A stretch of DNA of 61,558 nt, filler included, from Globobulimina sp. (Eukaryota): assembly GCA_003354225.1 (NCBI GenBank). It is 24 parts of 24 records of this genome, joined end to end, with 100 filler letters (N's around TTAATTAATTAA, not from the genome) between each part and the next. Parts side by side here need not be neighbours in the genome. Positions count along the whole stretch, not along the records: positions 30,837 to 33,305 come from PIVH01006510.1; positions 33,406 to 35,874 come from PIVH01006511.1; positions 35,975 to 38,443 come from PIVH01006512.1; positions 38,544 to 41,012 come from PIVH01006513.1; positions 41,113 to 43,581 come from PIVH01006514.1; positions 43,682 to 46,150 come from PIVH01006515.1; 18 more parts are not named here. One strand, given 5' to 3'. The position numbers and the translations under genes are program-made. Under the pieces are notes generated by a model that was not told where the DNA came from, searched no databases, and saw only the letters and a list, made by a program, of their open reading frames with translations. Shown here piece after piece: positions 31,847-43,682 of this stretch. Position 1 is the stretch's first letter. Each line of letters begins with the position of its first letter.

Positions 31847-33073
31847 TCAGTCTTTACGATATAAAGTCATTTGGCAATGTGGCCCTCCATTACCAATACA
31901 TAAACCCTTTTGGCGCACTGAAATAAATTCATTTTCAAAGGAAACAGATTCTAATTTCACAATATTTGGCGACTGAACCACATGTACTTTAAACTTTGTA
32001 TTCGGATCGTTTTTAGCTTCACAACATGATACCTTTGAGTCTGGCGGGCCTGTTACACATAGAAATGCGCCCGATTTCACATTCCTAAATTGCAACTATA
32101 TATAATTATATATAATGTTTTTATATGCGATTTTGCGTAAAATGCAATGAATAACATATTACAAACTATGGTAGAATCATCGTTTGGCAATGCTTCCCAT
32201 TGAGAGAGGATATCTTTATCGCCTTCAGAATCAACAATATTTTCATTTTTTGGATTTACGCGAATGGAGCCTCCAAACGCATGATTTATAATGATTGTGT
32301 TTTGTTGTTTTAATAAATATTCTTTTTTAAATAGACCTTCGTTGGTTTTCCCTTTACATTTTATTGATAATTTGATAGAAACACCGTCATTTTTATTGAT
32401 ATAAACAAACCTTTCACTAAAAAATACAATAAATTATGATCATTATTGACATTTTTGTTGATATAAACACCGTCATTTGGATGGACACTCAAAAACAATC
32501 CATGACAACGGTACGATTCTAATTTTACGCCACTGTCTGACATATCAATCTTGTCTGTTTTATTATTATTGCCATTGTCATAGTCGTTGCTTTTTTTATC
32601 ATCGTCGTCATCCTCCTTAGTATCACTCGAATGGTTCCCATTCATCAATATATCATCAACATCGTTGTCAGTATGATTATGTTTTATTTTTTTACCGTTT
32701 TTGCTGTGACGAATAAATTTTGAGGATAACCCGCCTTCGTTGCAAACACTTACATACTTTCCATGTTTGTCAATCTCCAAATATTTCTTTGTTTTTATAT
32801 TTTGAATTTGAATCTGTCAACGTCAGTGTATGTATAATTGTGTATATGTATCGACATTAAAAAACATATAAAGCAACACATGCACACAATGTTAGCATCG
32901 TCAATTAAGTGTATTTGCCATTTGGACCAATCTGTTTGGCCGCCCTTAAAATTACACTCTTCATGGTTTTTGGGATTGGCCCGCAGAAAACCACCATGTT
33001 TATGTTTGATCATACATACTCGTGATTCGTCCCATTGGTACGGCACTACAAAACCTGATCGAGGCTTTGCCAT
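31847..33073 (-). CDS. Multi-exon beta-trefoil/fascin-like repeat protein
   Basis: Internal repeats HKHGGFLRANPKN..W / HAFGGSIRVNPKN..W and VKLES...F.SV twice, spread over several short exons. Confidence 0.55.
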
Positions 33074-33464
33074 ATTTAAAAATTCCATATTCAATAATTT
33101 CACGCCGACATTTAACTGTTTGATAAATTTGAGTTTAACCGAAAAACTATTAATAGTTTCAAAAAACTTCTAAGAAACAATAAATATTTTTCAAAATGAC
33201 TATTTGTAATTTAATTGTATTATACAACCGATCAAAATAAAAAAATATACAAAATGTATATCAAAATAAAAAATCACAACCGATCAAAAATGATTTTTTT
33301 TAACANNNNNNNNNNNNNNNNNNNNNNNNNNNNNNNNNNNNNNNNNNNNTTAATTAATTAANNNNNNNNNNNNNNNNNNNNNNNNNNNNNNNNNNNNNNN
33401 NNNNNTATCAACAAATAATTGATTATTATTATCCTCATTTTGTACTTGTTTTTTATTTATTTGT

Positions 33465-34160
33465 TTATTTCATATTTTTGCCAATATTTATAATTTTCTG
33501 TTTTCTTTCTTGTCTTTTGTGATTTGAGGATGTTAATTCTTGGTAAATATCTAATTTTTCTTTTAAAAAATTACCAGTCTCTTTTATTTTATTTTTACAT
33601 TCAAATATTACATCACATTCTTTTTCATCACTGCCATCATTTAAATTTATATTTGCTTTCATATTATTGACTTGATTTAAAATATTTTCTTTTTTCATTT
33701 TTACGACATTTGATATATTATTAAATATTTTATTTATTTTAAGTGCTGTCATTTCAATTTGTTTCATTTTATCATTATTTATTCGATCCATACTTTGCGG
33801 ATATTCTTTATTTAATGCATCTAAAATTACTTCAATTTTATCCAATGATTGCAGGTTTTCTTCAATTTCATCATGTACTTTTTGCTCATTCTCGGAGATT
33901 ATTACTTTGATAATTGAAGGAGCTAATTTTTGCATTGCAGAAACAGCCACAGATATTAATAATGGATGATTTACAATTAATTGAGGATCAGAAATAAAAT
34001 CTTTAAACGATGATGATAATGGAGATAATGTTTCTCGTGTTTTATGCATGTTATGCTTTAAAAATATATGTTTAATATCATTTAAACCATTCTCATTCAC
34101 CCAGCTATCGAAATTAAAGCCTGCCTCACCTTCATTTGATGTTGCATCCACATAACTCAT
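33465..34160 (-). CDS. Protein with SAM-like N-terminus and coiled coil; possibly disrupted
   Basis: FDSWVNENGLNDIKHIF, then heptad-rich sequence; homology to the neighbouring ORF continues in another frame past the stop. Confidence 0.6.
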   Translation of the reverse strand: MSYVDATSNEGEAGFNFDSWVNENGLNDIKHIFLKHNMHKTRETLSPLSSSFKDFISDPQLIVNHPLLISVAVSAMQKLAPSIIKVIISENEQKVHDEIEENLQSLDKIEVILDALNKEYPQSMDRINNDKMKQIEMTALKINKIFNNISNVVKMKKENILNQVNNMKANINLNDGSDEKECDVIFECKNKIKETGNFLKEKLDIYQELTSSNHKRQERKQKIINIGKNMK

Positions 34161-34294
34161 TGTTATTTGTTAGCAACTCAGTGTTTTGGCTACGTAGGAT
34201 TTATGAGTCTACCAGTTCTTGGCCATCTATGTATTGACTTTAAACAAAATGTTGTAAGGAAAAACTTTGTGAGTTGGTTAGAAATTAAAATTCG

Positions 34295-34451
34295 GAGGCT
34301 GGGCAATCTAAATAGTTTCTAAATAGTTGCTAAATCGTTGCCTTTTGAAATCGTTTTTGTTTTGAAATAATAACTACTTAGTTGCATTTTTGTTTTGGAT
34401 TGAAATAGTCACTAAATAGTTATGTGGTAACTAATCAGATTGCCCAGCCTC
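34295..34451. mobile_element. 157-bp MITE-like element with 15-bp TIRs
   Basis: GAGGCTGGGCAATCT ... AGATTGCCCAGCCTC; internal AAATAGTT/AAATCGTT repeats. Confidence 0.7.
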
Positions 34452-34645
34452 GTATTTCGATCGATAGACGACTAAGACGAGAGTCACGATACGGTTCCGT
34501 GGAGAATCAACTTTCGTCGACAGAATCAAGAATCAGTAAATCAAGAATCAAAGTTTTCGAAATCAAAAATCAAAAAAACTAACACACAATACTTTATACA
34601 GTAGGAACATTCCAATTACGTAATACTAGAACATTCCCTAATGAC

Positions 34646-35261
34646 ATGGACAAAATAAACGAAGCACAGCAAACCATTCTCAACACATTAGTTGAGATGG
34701 GATGTGACAAACATTATTCAAAACGAGCAATTTCTGTTTATACGGTTTGTTAATTCATTTATATTACAGTTATAACAAAATATTTCTATGTTTATAATTT
34801 AGAAATATTATGGAATCAACTATAACATCACTACTCTTAAAGAAATAATGTTTAGATTGCAAATCAAAGATTCGTTGAAACAAACTCAAAATACATTCAA
34901 TTATTCCAAAATAAATGCAATGTTGACAACAATGCATTTTTCAGCAGATTATATTCATTCCAGTTTGATAGTCTATGAACTCTCAGAAACATTTCGAAAC
35001 ACAAAACAATACAATCTTCCAATCATCACTGAAATTATAATGCGATTACGAGCTAAATACAAAGCAAATGGAATCATTCCTCAATATCCCTATTATCCAT
35101 ATCCTACATTTGATGCACAGACTTTTGACATTCAGCCAAATGAATGTTTGAATGTATTGGAATGTGATTCATTTCAAAGAATAAATTATTTTCTTGATGC
35201 ATATGAAAAATGGTTAAAAAATCAGCAAATTTATCTCATTTTCTTTTTCATCATCTTTTAA
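34646..35261 (+). CDS. Protein with two UBA-like repeats, apparently truncated
   Basis: LVEMGCD..AI and LTTMHFS..SL, each followed by YN...EI..RL; intron 34745-34802. Confidence 0.6.
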
Positions 35262-35874
35262 ATACCATCGATATTTACTATTAATATTAAATGACAAAAA
35301 CGACAATAAATCACTAAAAAATTGCAGTTTCTCTCTTTTTTCTGCATTTAATTCTTCCATTAATTGTTTATTTTGTTGCTGTAATTTATTATTTTGATTT
35401 AATTCATTTGTTTTGCCAATACCACGTACACAAACTGCCACAATTACAATTACAATTAATGTTACAATCCAATTCGTTTTCGCTGTATTATTTTGATTAT
35501 TTTTCACTTGTAATTCATTTACATTTTTTTTAGATTGATTTAATTCTTTTGTTATTTGCGACATTTGAACATCTCTTAATTGTTTTTCTCGTTTTAATTG
35601 TTCGTTTTCTTGTTGTAATTTATTATTTTGCTTATTTTTTGATTGTAATTGTTGATTTAATTCATTCACCATTTTTTCATCATCGCTATCAACAAATAAT
35701 TGATTATTATCCTCATTTTCCGATTGTTTATCTATAATAATGCCAATTTCATCAATATATTTTATAATTTTTGCATATTTTTTGTCATTTAAAATAAAAT
35801 CAATATTAACAATAGTTTGATTATTATATTTTATCCCCAAGAGGAACAAGAATGCGAAGTTCATGTTGGGTTTA
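35214..35874 (-). CDS. Coiled-coil protein fragment with one TM segment
   Basis: Q/N-rich heptads, WIVTLIVIVIVAVCV; shares NEDNNQLFVD with 33406-33450. Confidence 0.55.
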
Positions 35875-35974
35875 NNNNNNNNNNNNNNNNNNNNNNNNNN
35901 NNNNNNNNNNNNNNNNNNTTAATTAATTAANNNNNNNNNNNNNNNNNNNNNNNNNNNNNNNNNNNNNNNNNNNN

Positions 35975-37073
35975 TTATCGGAGAAATGTCAAGAGTTACT
36001 GTCTCCCAAAGTCACTCCCGAAGAAGTTGAACCACCCTCTCCCCAAGAGTTACTGTCTCCCAAAGTCACTCCCGAAGAAGTTGTACCACCCTCTCCCAAG
36101 AAAGACGTTAGAAAGAGAAGATTCGATTGGAGGTTAGTTTAATATCCGATTTTGAACCAAAAGATTATTATCAATTTAAAATTTATAGGAAGAGTGAAAA
36201 TGAGGGAATACAATCACCGGTAGCTGGAGAGAAGTCTATGTAAGTACAATTAATATTAATATTTACTGATTCACGTCTGTTTGTCTAGCGGATATATACA
36301 GTATATACATACATACATGGGCACGGTTGAGCATAGCAGAGTTCGTGCCAATCGGGGAATCAGGGGAAAATCAGCCAATATTAGGTTACGAAACCGTCTT
36401 TTACATGACCAATTAATTTAATCTTTCTATCGCTAATAGTGTCCATATTTAAGTTCCGTAATTTACAATAATACATACCGTCGATTGTATATTACGGTCA
36501 ATTGTTGTGTAGTACTACTGATATGTAATAGTTTTAAAGTAGATTTATTTTCCTTAAAGTAAAGGTAACGACGTTATTTAATGATATTTATGGCAAAGGC
36601 CCACGAGTAGTTCTTTCTATCGGTAATAGTGTCCATATTTAAGGACCGTCATTTATAATAACTGATCGTCGATTGTATATCACGGTCAAATGTTGTGTAG
36701 TAGCTCAAACGAAAGCTCGTAACGATATCTACTGATATGTAATAGTTTCCATAGATTTATTTTCCATTGTACATATATATAGGTGTAGTTGGGGGGGTGG
36801 GGGCTGTTGTGAATTTTTGAAGCTTATTATGAATATAATTATTATAGTAGACCATCTTCATACTCTCTTCGCAAATCTACACCAGTGAAATGGCAATCAT
36901 CATCAGTCAAAAGGAAATGTAGCACCCCAAAAGTAGAAGACCTTTGGCTCGGATTCGGATTATGTTCAAAATCAAGAAAGAAGTTAGAGAAGCTTGTACC
37001 ATTAGATGAACGAGTCGAACGATGGATGAACAAGCTACCAACACAACGAGAAGCAGATGGGGGGGAATATTAA
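35975..37073 (+). CDS. Three-exon C-terminus of an S/TP-rich basic protein
   Basis: Exons 35975-36132, 36189-36239 and 36848-37073 are joined by phase-compatible GT-AG introns; a 54-bp coding duplication encodes QELLSPKVTPEEVxPPSP. Confidence 0.65.
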
Positions 37074-37599
37074 GTAAACATTTCTTTCTTTGTAGAAATG
37101 TAAATACAAAATGTTTTTTTTAGTTTTATGCTCTTTGAATTGGAGGAATGATTAGTTTGGATTTGTATATATGATCAATAATTTGTATTATCGACTGCTA
37201 TTGTTATATGGTTACATGGTACAATTTATATGTTGTATGTTTATATTATACAGGGTTGTATACAGGGTTACATGGTTACTGTTTTATTTATATATGGTAC
37301 AATTTGAAATGCGGTGATTAAGTATATTATTGATTGGTATCGTAGCTCTAGTTTTAATTGGTTTATATGACTGTCTTTTTAGATAAGTAAAAACATATGA
37401 TTAATTATATGTTGATATCAATTAGGCATGGAATTAGCAATATCTAATCTGTAAATTCAATATGCAAATCTTTCCGTAACTGGTTAACAGATAAGCTATT
37501 AACAATATTATTTGTGCTTAAATGTGCAAATTCTTCCGTAACTGATAATCAAATTAGCTAACTAGATAGATCCGTAGATAAGATACAAATTCTTCGGTT

Positions 37600-38320
37600 C
37601 GGAATTTCGTTATTTCTGGTTAAAGAAGGCCTAAATGTTGAAATTATAGCAAATTCTTGCTTAACTGGTTATCCAATTAGATAATGGCAAAATTATTTCA
37701 GCTTAAATATGCAAATTCTTCCGTAGATCAGATATTAGCAAAATTATTTCTGGTCAAATATGGGCTTAATTTTGAAATTATAGCAAATTCTTCCTTAACT
37801 GGTTATCCAATTAGATAATGGCAAAATTATTTCAACTTAAATATGCAAATTCTTCCTTAGATCAGATATTAGCAAAATTATTTCTGGTCAAATATGGCCT
37901 TAATTTTGAAATTATAGCAAATTCTTCCTTAACTGGTTATCCAATTAGATAATGGCAAAATTATTTCAAATTAAATATGCAAATTCTTCCGTAGATCAGA
38001 TATTAGCAAAATTATTTCTGGTCAAATATGGCCTTAATTTTGAAATTATAGCAAATTCTTCCGTAACTGGTTATCCAATTAGATAACGGCAAAATTATTT
38101 TTGCTTAAATATGCAAATTCTTCCGTAGATTAGATATTAGCAAAATTATTACTGGTTAAATATGGCCTTAATTTTGAAATTATAGCAAATTTTTCCGTAA
38201 CTGGTTATGAAATTAGCTAATGGCAAACGTATTTCAGCTTAAATATGCAAATTCTTCCATAAATGGTTATCAAATTAGTTATTAGCAAAAATATTTCTGG
38301 TTAAATATGGCCAAAATTTG
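37600..38320. repeat. 134-bp tandem satellite, about 5 copies, degenerate upstream
   Basis: The (t/g)taactggttat anchor recurs at 37661, 37795, 37929, 38063 and 38197. Confidence 0.95.
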
Positions 38321-38543
38321 GAAAAATGTCCTTGTTTCTTTTGGGTATACGATTTTATGGTGTACTAGGGTCAAAAATTTTGGAAAAATGCACTTTATTC
38401 TTCTGGAACATAAAAATCGGTAAACTGCCCATTAGTAAAAAAANNNNNNNNNNNNNNNNNNNNNNNNNNNNNNNNNNNNNNNNNNNNTTAATTAATTAAN
38501 NNNNNNNNNNNNNNNNNNNNNNNNNNNNNNNNNNNNNNNNNNN

Positions 38544-39054
38544 CCATCCATTTTAAATATTCATCTAATGCAACAAAATTAAATTGTGCCACAAAAGTCG
38601 AATCATTACCTGGTTGTTGCTGATTATATTCACCAAAGGCATCAAAGTCATTGTCCATTGCATCATCATTGTTTTTGCCATTACCTTGATCATCTTCTTT
38701 GTGGTCATTATTGTTGTCGTTATTGTGGTTATCTTGATCTGGTTCTTTTTGTTTGTTGTCGTTAAGTGCCAAAAATGATAATTCAACATATTTTTTTAAA
38801 AACTGAACATAAATTGTGATACGTTCAATTTTTTGCATAACATCATTTATTGTTTGAAATTCTGCATTAATATAATGATTGGCATACCAGATGGTTGTCA
38901 TCAAACTAGACATATACCAATCAAATAAATCAGAAACATTTTTGGGAATTATTTGTTTCCCGCTGTTATTTACTAAACCTTGTTTGGCAGTAAAGGTTAG
39001 TAAATAATACACATCACTTGTGGTTTGATAGGAATATTCACAAAATGCTATCAT
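38544..39054 (-). CDS. Uncharacterised protein fragment with an N/D-rich tract
   Basis: Long open frame with protein-like composition, open at the contig edge. Confidence 0.45.
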
Positions 39055-39459
39055 ATCAATGGCAATCTATCAATTTATGGCAAATCCGATGTGGCAATCT
39101 ATCAAAATGAGATGAGATTAATTGGTAACAATGCGATTGTGGTTTGGAGGCGATACCATGAACTAAACTTCGCCTTTTTAATTAGAGCGGTGATTTATAT
39201 GGCCTCACATCAATGGGTTATGATGGAAATTGTAAATGAGTTTGTTTTTTCTGGTTATCTTTTAGTTTGTTTTGTGCTTATTTTTTTGGTTTTGTTTGTG
39301 GCTTATTTTTTGTTTTATGCTGTGCATATTTGGTGTTGTCACAATGTCACTGACTCACTGTTGTGCATATTTTGTTGTTTTTGTGAATATTTTTTGTTTT
39401 GTGCATATTTGGTTTTGTGCATATTTTTGGTTTTGGTTTGTGTTTATATATGGATGACT

Positions 39460-39640
39460 CTCATTTTTCAATGGATTATTCTCATTTTGATGGATTATCC
39501 TCATTTTCATTGATTTTTCTCATTTTCATGGATTATCCTCATTTTCATTGATTTTTCTCATTTTCATGGATTATCCTCATTTTCATGGATTTTTCTCATT
39601 TTCATAGATTTTTCTCATTTTCATCGATTTTTCTCATTTT
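39460..39640. repeat. 19-bp minisatellite, about 9 copies
   Basis: Units ctcattttcatggattatc / ctcattttcattgattttt. Confidence 0.92.
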
Positions 39641-39692
39641 AAAAAAAAAAATCCTCTTGGGTTTTTGGGGCCTGTCCCCTCCTAGGTTTAAC

Positions 39693-40055
39693 TTAATCTG
39701 ATTGTATATCTTTGTTGGTCTGCCATAAAAGTCCTGTAATTAAATGTGCTGTATACCCATCAAAATCCAATTCTGTGATAAACTCGCTTTCATTGTATTT
39801 ATTCTGATATAAATTGATTAATCTCGCACTGGTATATTGATGTTCGACGGCACCAAACTCTTCAATGCCAATCTTTGCTTCAGATCAGTCGATGTTTGCA
39901 ATGCTTCCAAGGCCCAAATCAGGCCAAAATTCCTTTGTTCATAATTGGTCGGACAACGTCAGAAAATGAGTGACTCCACCACCCCAAGTATGCTCTCCAT
40001 TATTTTGAATATCAGTCAATATATTTTCTGGCGCAGAGTGAATAGTTTTAAACAT
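39693..40055 (-). pseudogene. 121-codon frame with two internal TGA codons
   Basis: MFKTIHSAPE...HTWGGGVTHFL..DQL*TKEFW...NID*SEAK...; TGAs at 39939-39941 and 39885-39887. Confidence 0.5.
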
Positions 40056-41170
40056 GGTAAATTACCATAAATTATAGGTGGATAAAATAAATAAAAAAAT
40101 CATAATTATTATTATCTAGCTCATTATTGTATGTGTTGTAATATTTTGCTGATTTTAATAAATATTGAAATATAAATAATGGGTTATGTGATAAGTTTGA
40201 GTTATTTAAATGAAAAGTATTATAATTTATATTACATAATAATTGATTGAATAAAGTCTTATTATTTATAATTATAGAAATATTTAATATTTCTAAACAT
40301 TTTTCAGTAATCAGTATCAAAAGAGTCAAAATGTTGTAATGATTTTTTTTTTCAAGAATGACGTGCAAGAGTAAGTTGAATTTAATTAATAACTTATATT
40401 CACAGATATTACATACAAATCAATAAAGCGCTCTCAAAGGAAAACCTAAAGAGTGCGGTGCAAAGCTTGCAAACTTATAACTCCTTATAAGTTTGAGATA
40501 TAATAAAAATGCAAAAGAAATCAAAAAATTCAAACAAACTCATACAGATAAACCCAAAAATAAACTTGAAAAACAAAGTAAGAAATTTTATCAAAATAAA
40601 CTTGCTTTCGAAGCAAAAAGAATGGCAACTTGAAGCCTAACAAAGGGCAAACTATATAAAAGAAATAATGATATGATATTACTAAGTAAATACTATTAAC
40701 ATGATCCAATTAATCAGTAACTATAAATAAGAAACGATAAATAAGAAACGTTATTGGTTAGTTATCACATTATTATCTTGAACTCAACCAGCCACTCGAT
40801 CGGGCAAATTCAGTTCCCAACAAATTCCCTTTAGACTCCACCACCAGACTCGATTCGAGTTGACTCGAATCATGTCAACTTATAAATGCCCAAGATCTAA
40901 TTATTTGACATTTACCAACTTTCACACTTAATTTCTCTGTTGGATGGTTTACGCAATTGTTCTGCGCAATGGATATTTGACATTTATGTGCGGTGTATTT
41001 TGGGAAGTGTTGNNNNNNNNNNNNNNNNNNNNNNNNNNNNNNNNNNNNNNNNNNNNTTAATTAATTAANNNNNNNNNNNNNNNNNNNNNNNNNNNNNNNN
41101 NNNNNNNNNNNNTGCAGCGGCTTTTCCAACCGTACAACAGTATGGCAATTGGAGAGAATACAGATGTGGC

Positions 41171-41309
41171 AAATAAGAAATATCCAGATCAGTTTTTGCA
41201 TTTCGGGTTATGCAGATTGAAAACAAATTCTGTTCACACTCATTTTTTGTATTTAAAATATACAGATCCACGTGGAATTGAAATAAGAAATGTCCAGATC
41301 AGTTTTTGC
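41171..41309. repeat. 29-bp direct repeat, 110-bp period
   Basis: aaataagaaat(a/g)tccagatcagtttttgc at 41171 and 41281. Confidence 0.8.
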
Positions 41310-41500
41310 CATCTTGGTTGTTTTTGTCCCCTTCTTTCCTAACTAAATTAAATTAAGTAGTTTTCAGTGCGGCAGTAGTTTTTCTCATATCTTTATCATG
41401 GCAACAGGTATTTTTTAAAACATTTGTAGCGTTTAACATTTGTTTACATCAAGGTACACGACACGAGAACGATGCAAGCAAACTAGTTTGAAAGCAATAT

Positions 41501-43303
41501 TTGCAATATCAACCAATCAGCCATACAAACACAAAAAGCAATCCACCAATTCGCCAAAACAAGCACGCATCAAACGCGACCCTCACAAACTCCGTATCCT
41601 ATCATTCCTATTCCTATGCCACATTGTTCTGGGAATTTGACCCATTTGTCTTCTTTGCCACGCCTGAGATTGGTATTTATTTGATTCATCCAAAGAGCTA
41701 TGACTTGTTTATGCATCATCTGTGGAAGGAGCACAGCAGCGAATGTCTATTATCTTCGACTGAATTCATTCAATTCCAATATTTAATATTCTATCATCAC
41801 CAAGCAATGCATATCAATGATCACAATGATCAGTGTATGAATAATGACGACTGTCTGCAAGATAAGGATTTGCATCAATTGCACCCAGACATACCGCAGT
41901 CGTCCATCGTATTTGGGGCCAATCCAACCAGCAAAATATCCGCCTACATCATGACTAAACTGAATGGGCCTTCCTTTCACGTCTCTTACGTACATAAGAA
42001 ATCCATTGCGTTCAACCAGACGCTGTCCAATCTCACACGAAACATTGCAAACACAATCTCGCCGTCCCGGTCCAAAGCAAAAAACCTAATGAACGGCAGT
42101 GGCGGTGGCAGCGGCAAACCAATCCTTGCTATGTCAGCCCCGCTAAATCGCGTCAACAGCGACCGGAAACGACATAGTTTATCGGGGAGATTGTCGAAAC
42201 GGAATAGAGCAAAAACGCCCAAATCTAAACATAAAGTACTGAAACATAGACGCAGTTTGTCATCAAACAAAGCAATTAAATTGGAACAGTCTGAGGGGAC
42301 TGAGGATAATGGCAGCAATCACAAGGGCACCAAACATGGGAAAAGCCACAGTGCGTTCCATTTGCAGTGCGAGTTAAATATAAATACAAGTGATTTACTG
42401 CAAGGGTTTGAGCCGAGATCGCCACCAAAACCTGCACAGATTTCGTCGAAGGGACCATTTTATAAAAAACCAAAGAAGCCGCAACGAACACCACCGACCT
42501 TGCCCGATTCGCGAGGCTTGGGCACTCCGCCGGTTGTTTTTGTGGCAATGCCGAGTCAATCCGTGGAAGGCACCTCGGGTTCTGAGGATATTACGGAGCC
42601 ATCATTGGTTATAAATGAATTGAAGCATACTGCACATAATACATACTCAGGGATACCAATGGTGACTGACGATACACCCACATTGAAAGCACATTACATT
42701 GACCCGAATGAGCCGCCATTACCACCGCTGAAACCATTGCCATTGCCACCGGATCCGAATGCAGACTTAGATGAAACAGTGAAGACCGTACAGAGAAAGA
42801 CGATAAGTTTACGGGATCGATTGAATAGTTTGAGACATTTAAGAGGGAATAGCCATCATGGAAGTGGACGAATTGCCTCGGGGGTATTTAACGACAATGA
42901 TGAGGATGACGACAGTTTTTGTACCTCGGATGAGGAAAAGGGAGATTCAGAGGTTGAGGATTCTGTGATTATGCTTTATAAAGCAATGGATGCGGATGAA
43001 TTGGATCAAAAAAAAGTAGAATTGATTCGAAAGTATAGGGAGATTGCCTATGATTTGTGGGTGAAATATGTGAAAGTGGGCGCGGAATATGAGATAAATA
43101 TTGATTATAATACGAGGAAAAAATTTGCAAAAGTAATGAGTAATAAAGAGGAGTGGTTAGACAATGATGAATTCAATGAAAAAGAATTGTCAATGTTGTT
43201 TAATCCATGTGTTCAAAGAATGTTTACTTTCTTATCAAATTCATTTACGCGGTTCAGAGATAAACCTGATTTTGTTCGAGTTCAAGAATTTCTTGTCATT
43301 TAG
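41501..43303 (+). CDS. RGS-domain protein with a very large internal insertion; N-terminus unresolved
   Basis: YDLFMHHLWKEHSSECLL..EF, and much later LWVKYVKVGAEYEINIDY..R...LFNPC...LSNSFTRF. Confidence 0.85.
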   Translation: MQYQPISHTNTKSNPPIRQNKHASNATLTNSVSYHSYSYATLFWEFDPFVFFATPEIGIYLIHPKSYDLFMHHLWKEHSSECLLSSTEFIQFQYLIFYHHQAMHINDHNDQCMNNDDCLQDKDLHQLHPDIPQSSIVFGANPTSKISAYIMTKLNGPSFHVSYVHKKSIAFNQTLSNLTRNIANTISPSRSKAKNLMNGSGGGSGKPILAMSAPLNRVNSDRKRHSLSGRLSKRNRAKTPKSKHKVLKHRRSLSSNKAIKLEQSEGTEDNGSNHKGTKHGKSHSAFHLQCELNINTSDLLQGFEPRSPPKPAQISSKGPFYKKPKKPQRTPPTLPDSRGLGTPPVVFVAMPSQSVEGTSGSEDITEPSLVINELKHTAHNTYSGIPMVTDDTPTLKAHYIDPNEPPLPPLKPLPLPPDPNADLDETVKTVQRKTISLRDRLNSLRHLRGNSHHGSGRIASGVFNDNDEDDDSFCTSDEEKGDSEVEDSVIMLYKAMDADELDQKKVELIRKYREIAYDLWVKYVKVGAEYEINIDYNTRKKFAKVMSNKEEWLDNDEFNEKELSMLFNPCVQRMFTFLSNSFTRFRDKPDFVRVQEFLVI

Positions 43304-43682
43304 TTGTTATTTTTACATTTTTTTGCTGTTGAATACTGACACTTGTTTGTTGTTTTATTCTTAAACAAACCCATTGTTAATTTGACCTAAAAAAGTTTTT
43401 CAGTCAAAATGAAAGTGTTTCAAGCCATGAGGACTCCAAATGGAGTTGTTCGTATTCCATCGTTGCATAGAGAACCTGCGGCAATACCGTCAACCGCAGT
43501 GATTTTATGCACAACCACAAATTGCAAGCCAGATGAAAATGAATTATGTATGGTAACCAAGACCAAAAAAACAAGTAAAAANNNNNNNNNNNNNNNNNNN
43601 NNNNNNNNNNNNNNNNNNNNNNNNNTTAATTAATTAANNNNNNNNNNNNNNNNNNNNNNNNNNNNNNNNNNNNNNNNNNNNT

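Noticed and set aside
37600-38320. CRISPR array (also 39460-39640 and 48647-48718)
   Set aside because: Units are contiguous tandem copies without unique spacers; no cas genes; eukaryotic context.
39025-39513. Hydrophobic membrane-protein ORFs
   Set aside because: They derive largely from degenerate TTGTGCATATTT repeats.
40852-40871. 9-bp palindrome GATTCGAGT-TG-ACTCGAATC
   Set aside because: Too short and isolated to support a function.
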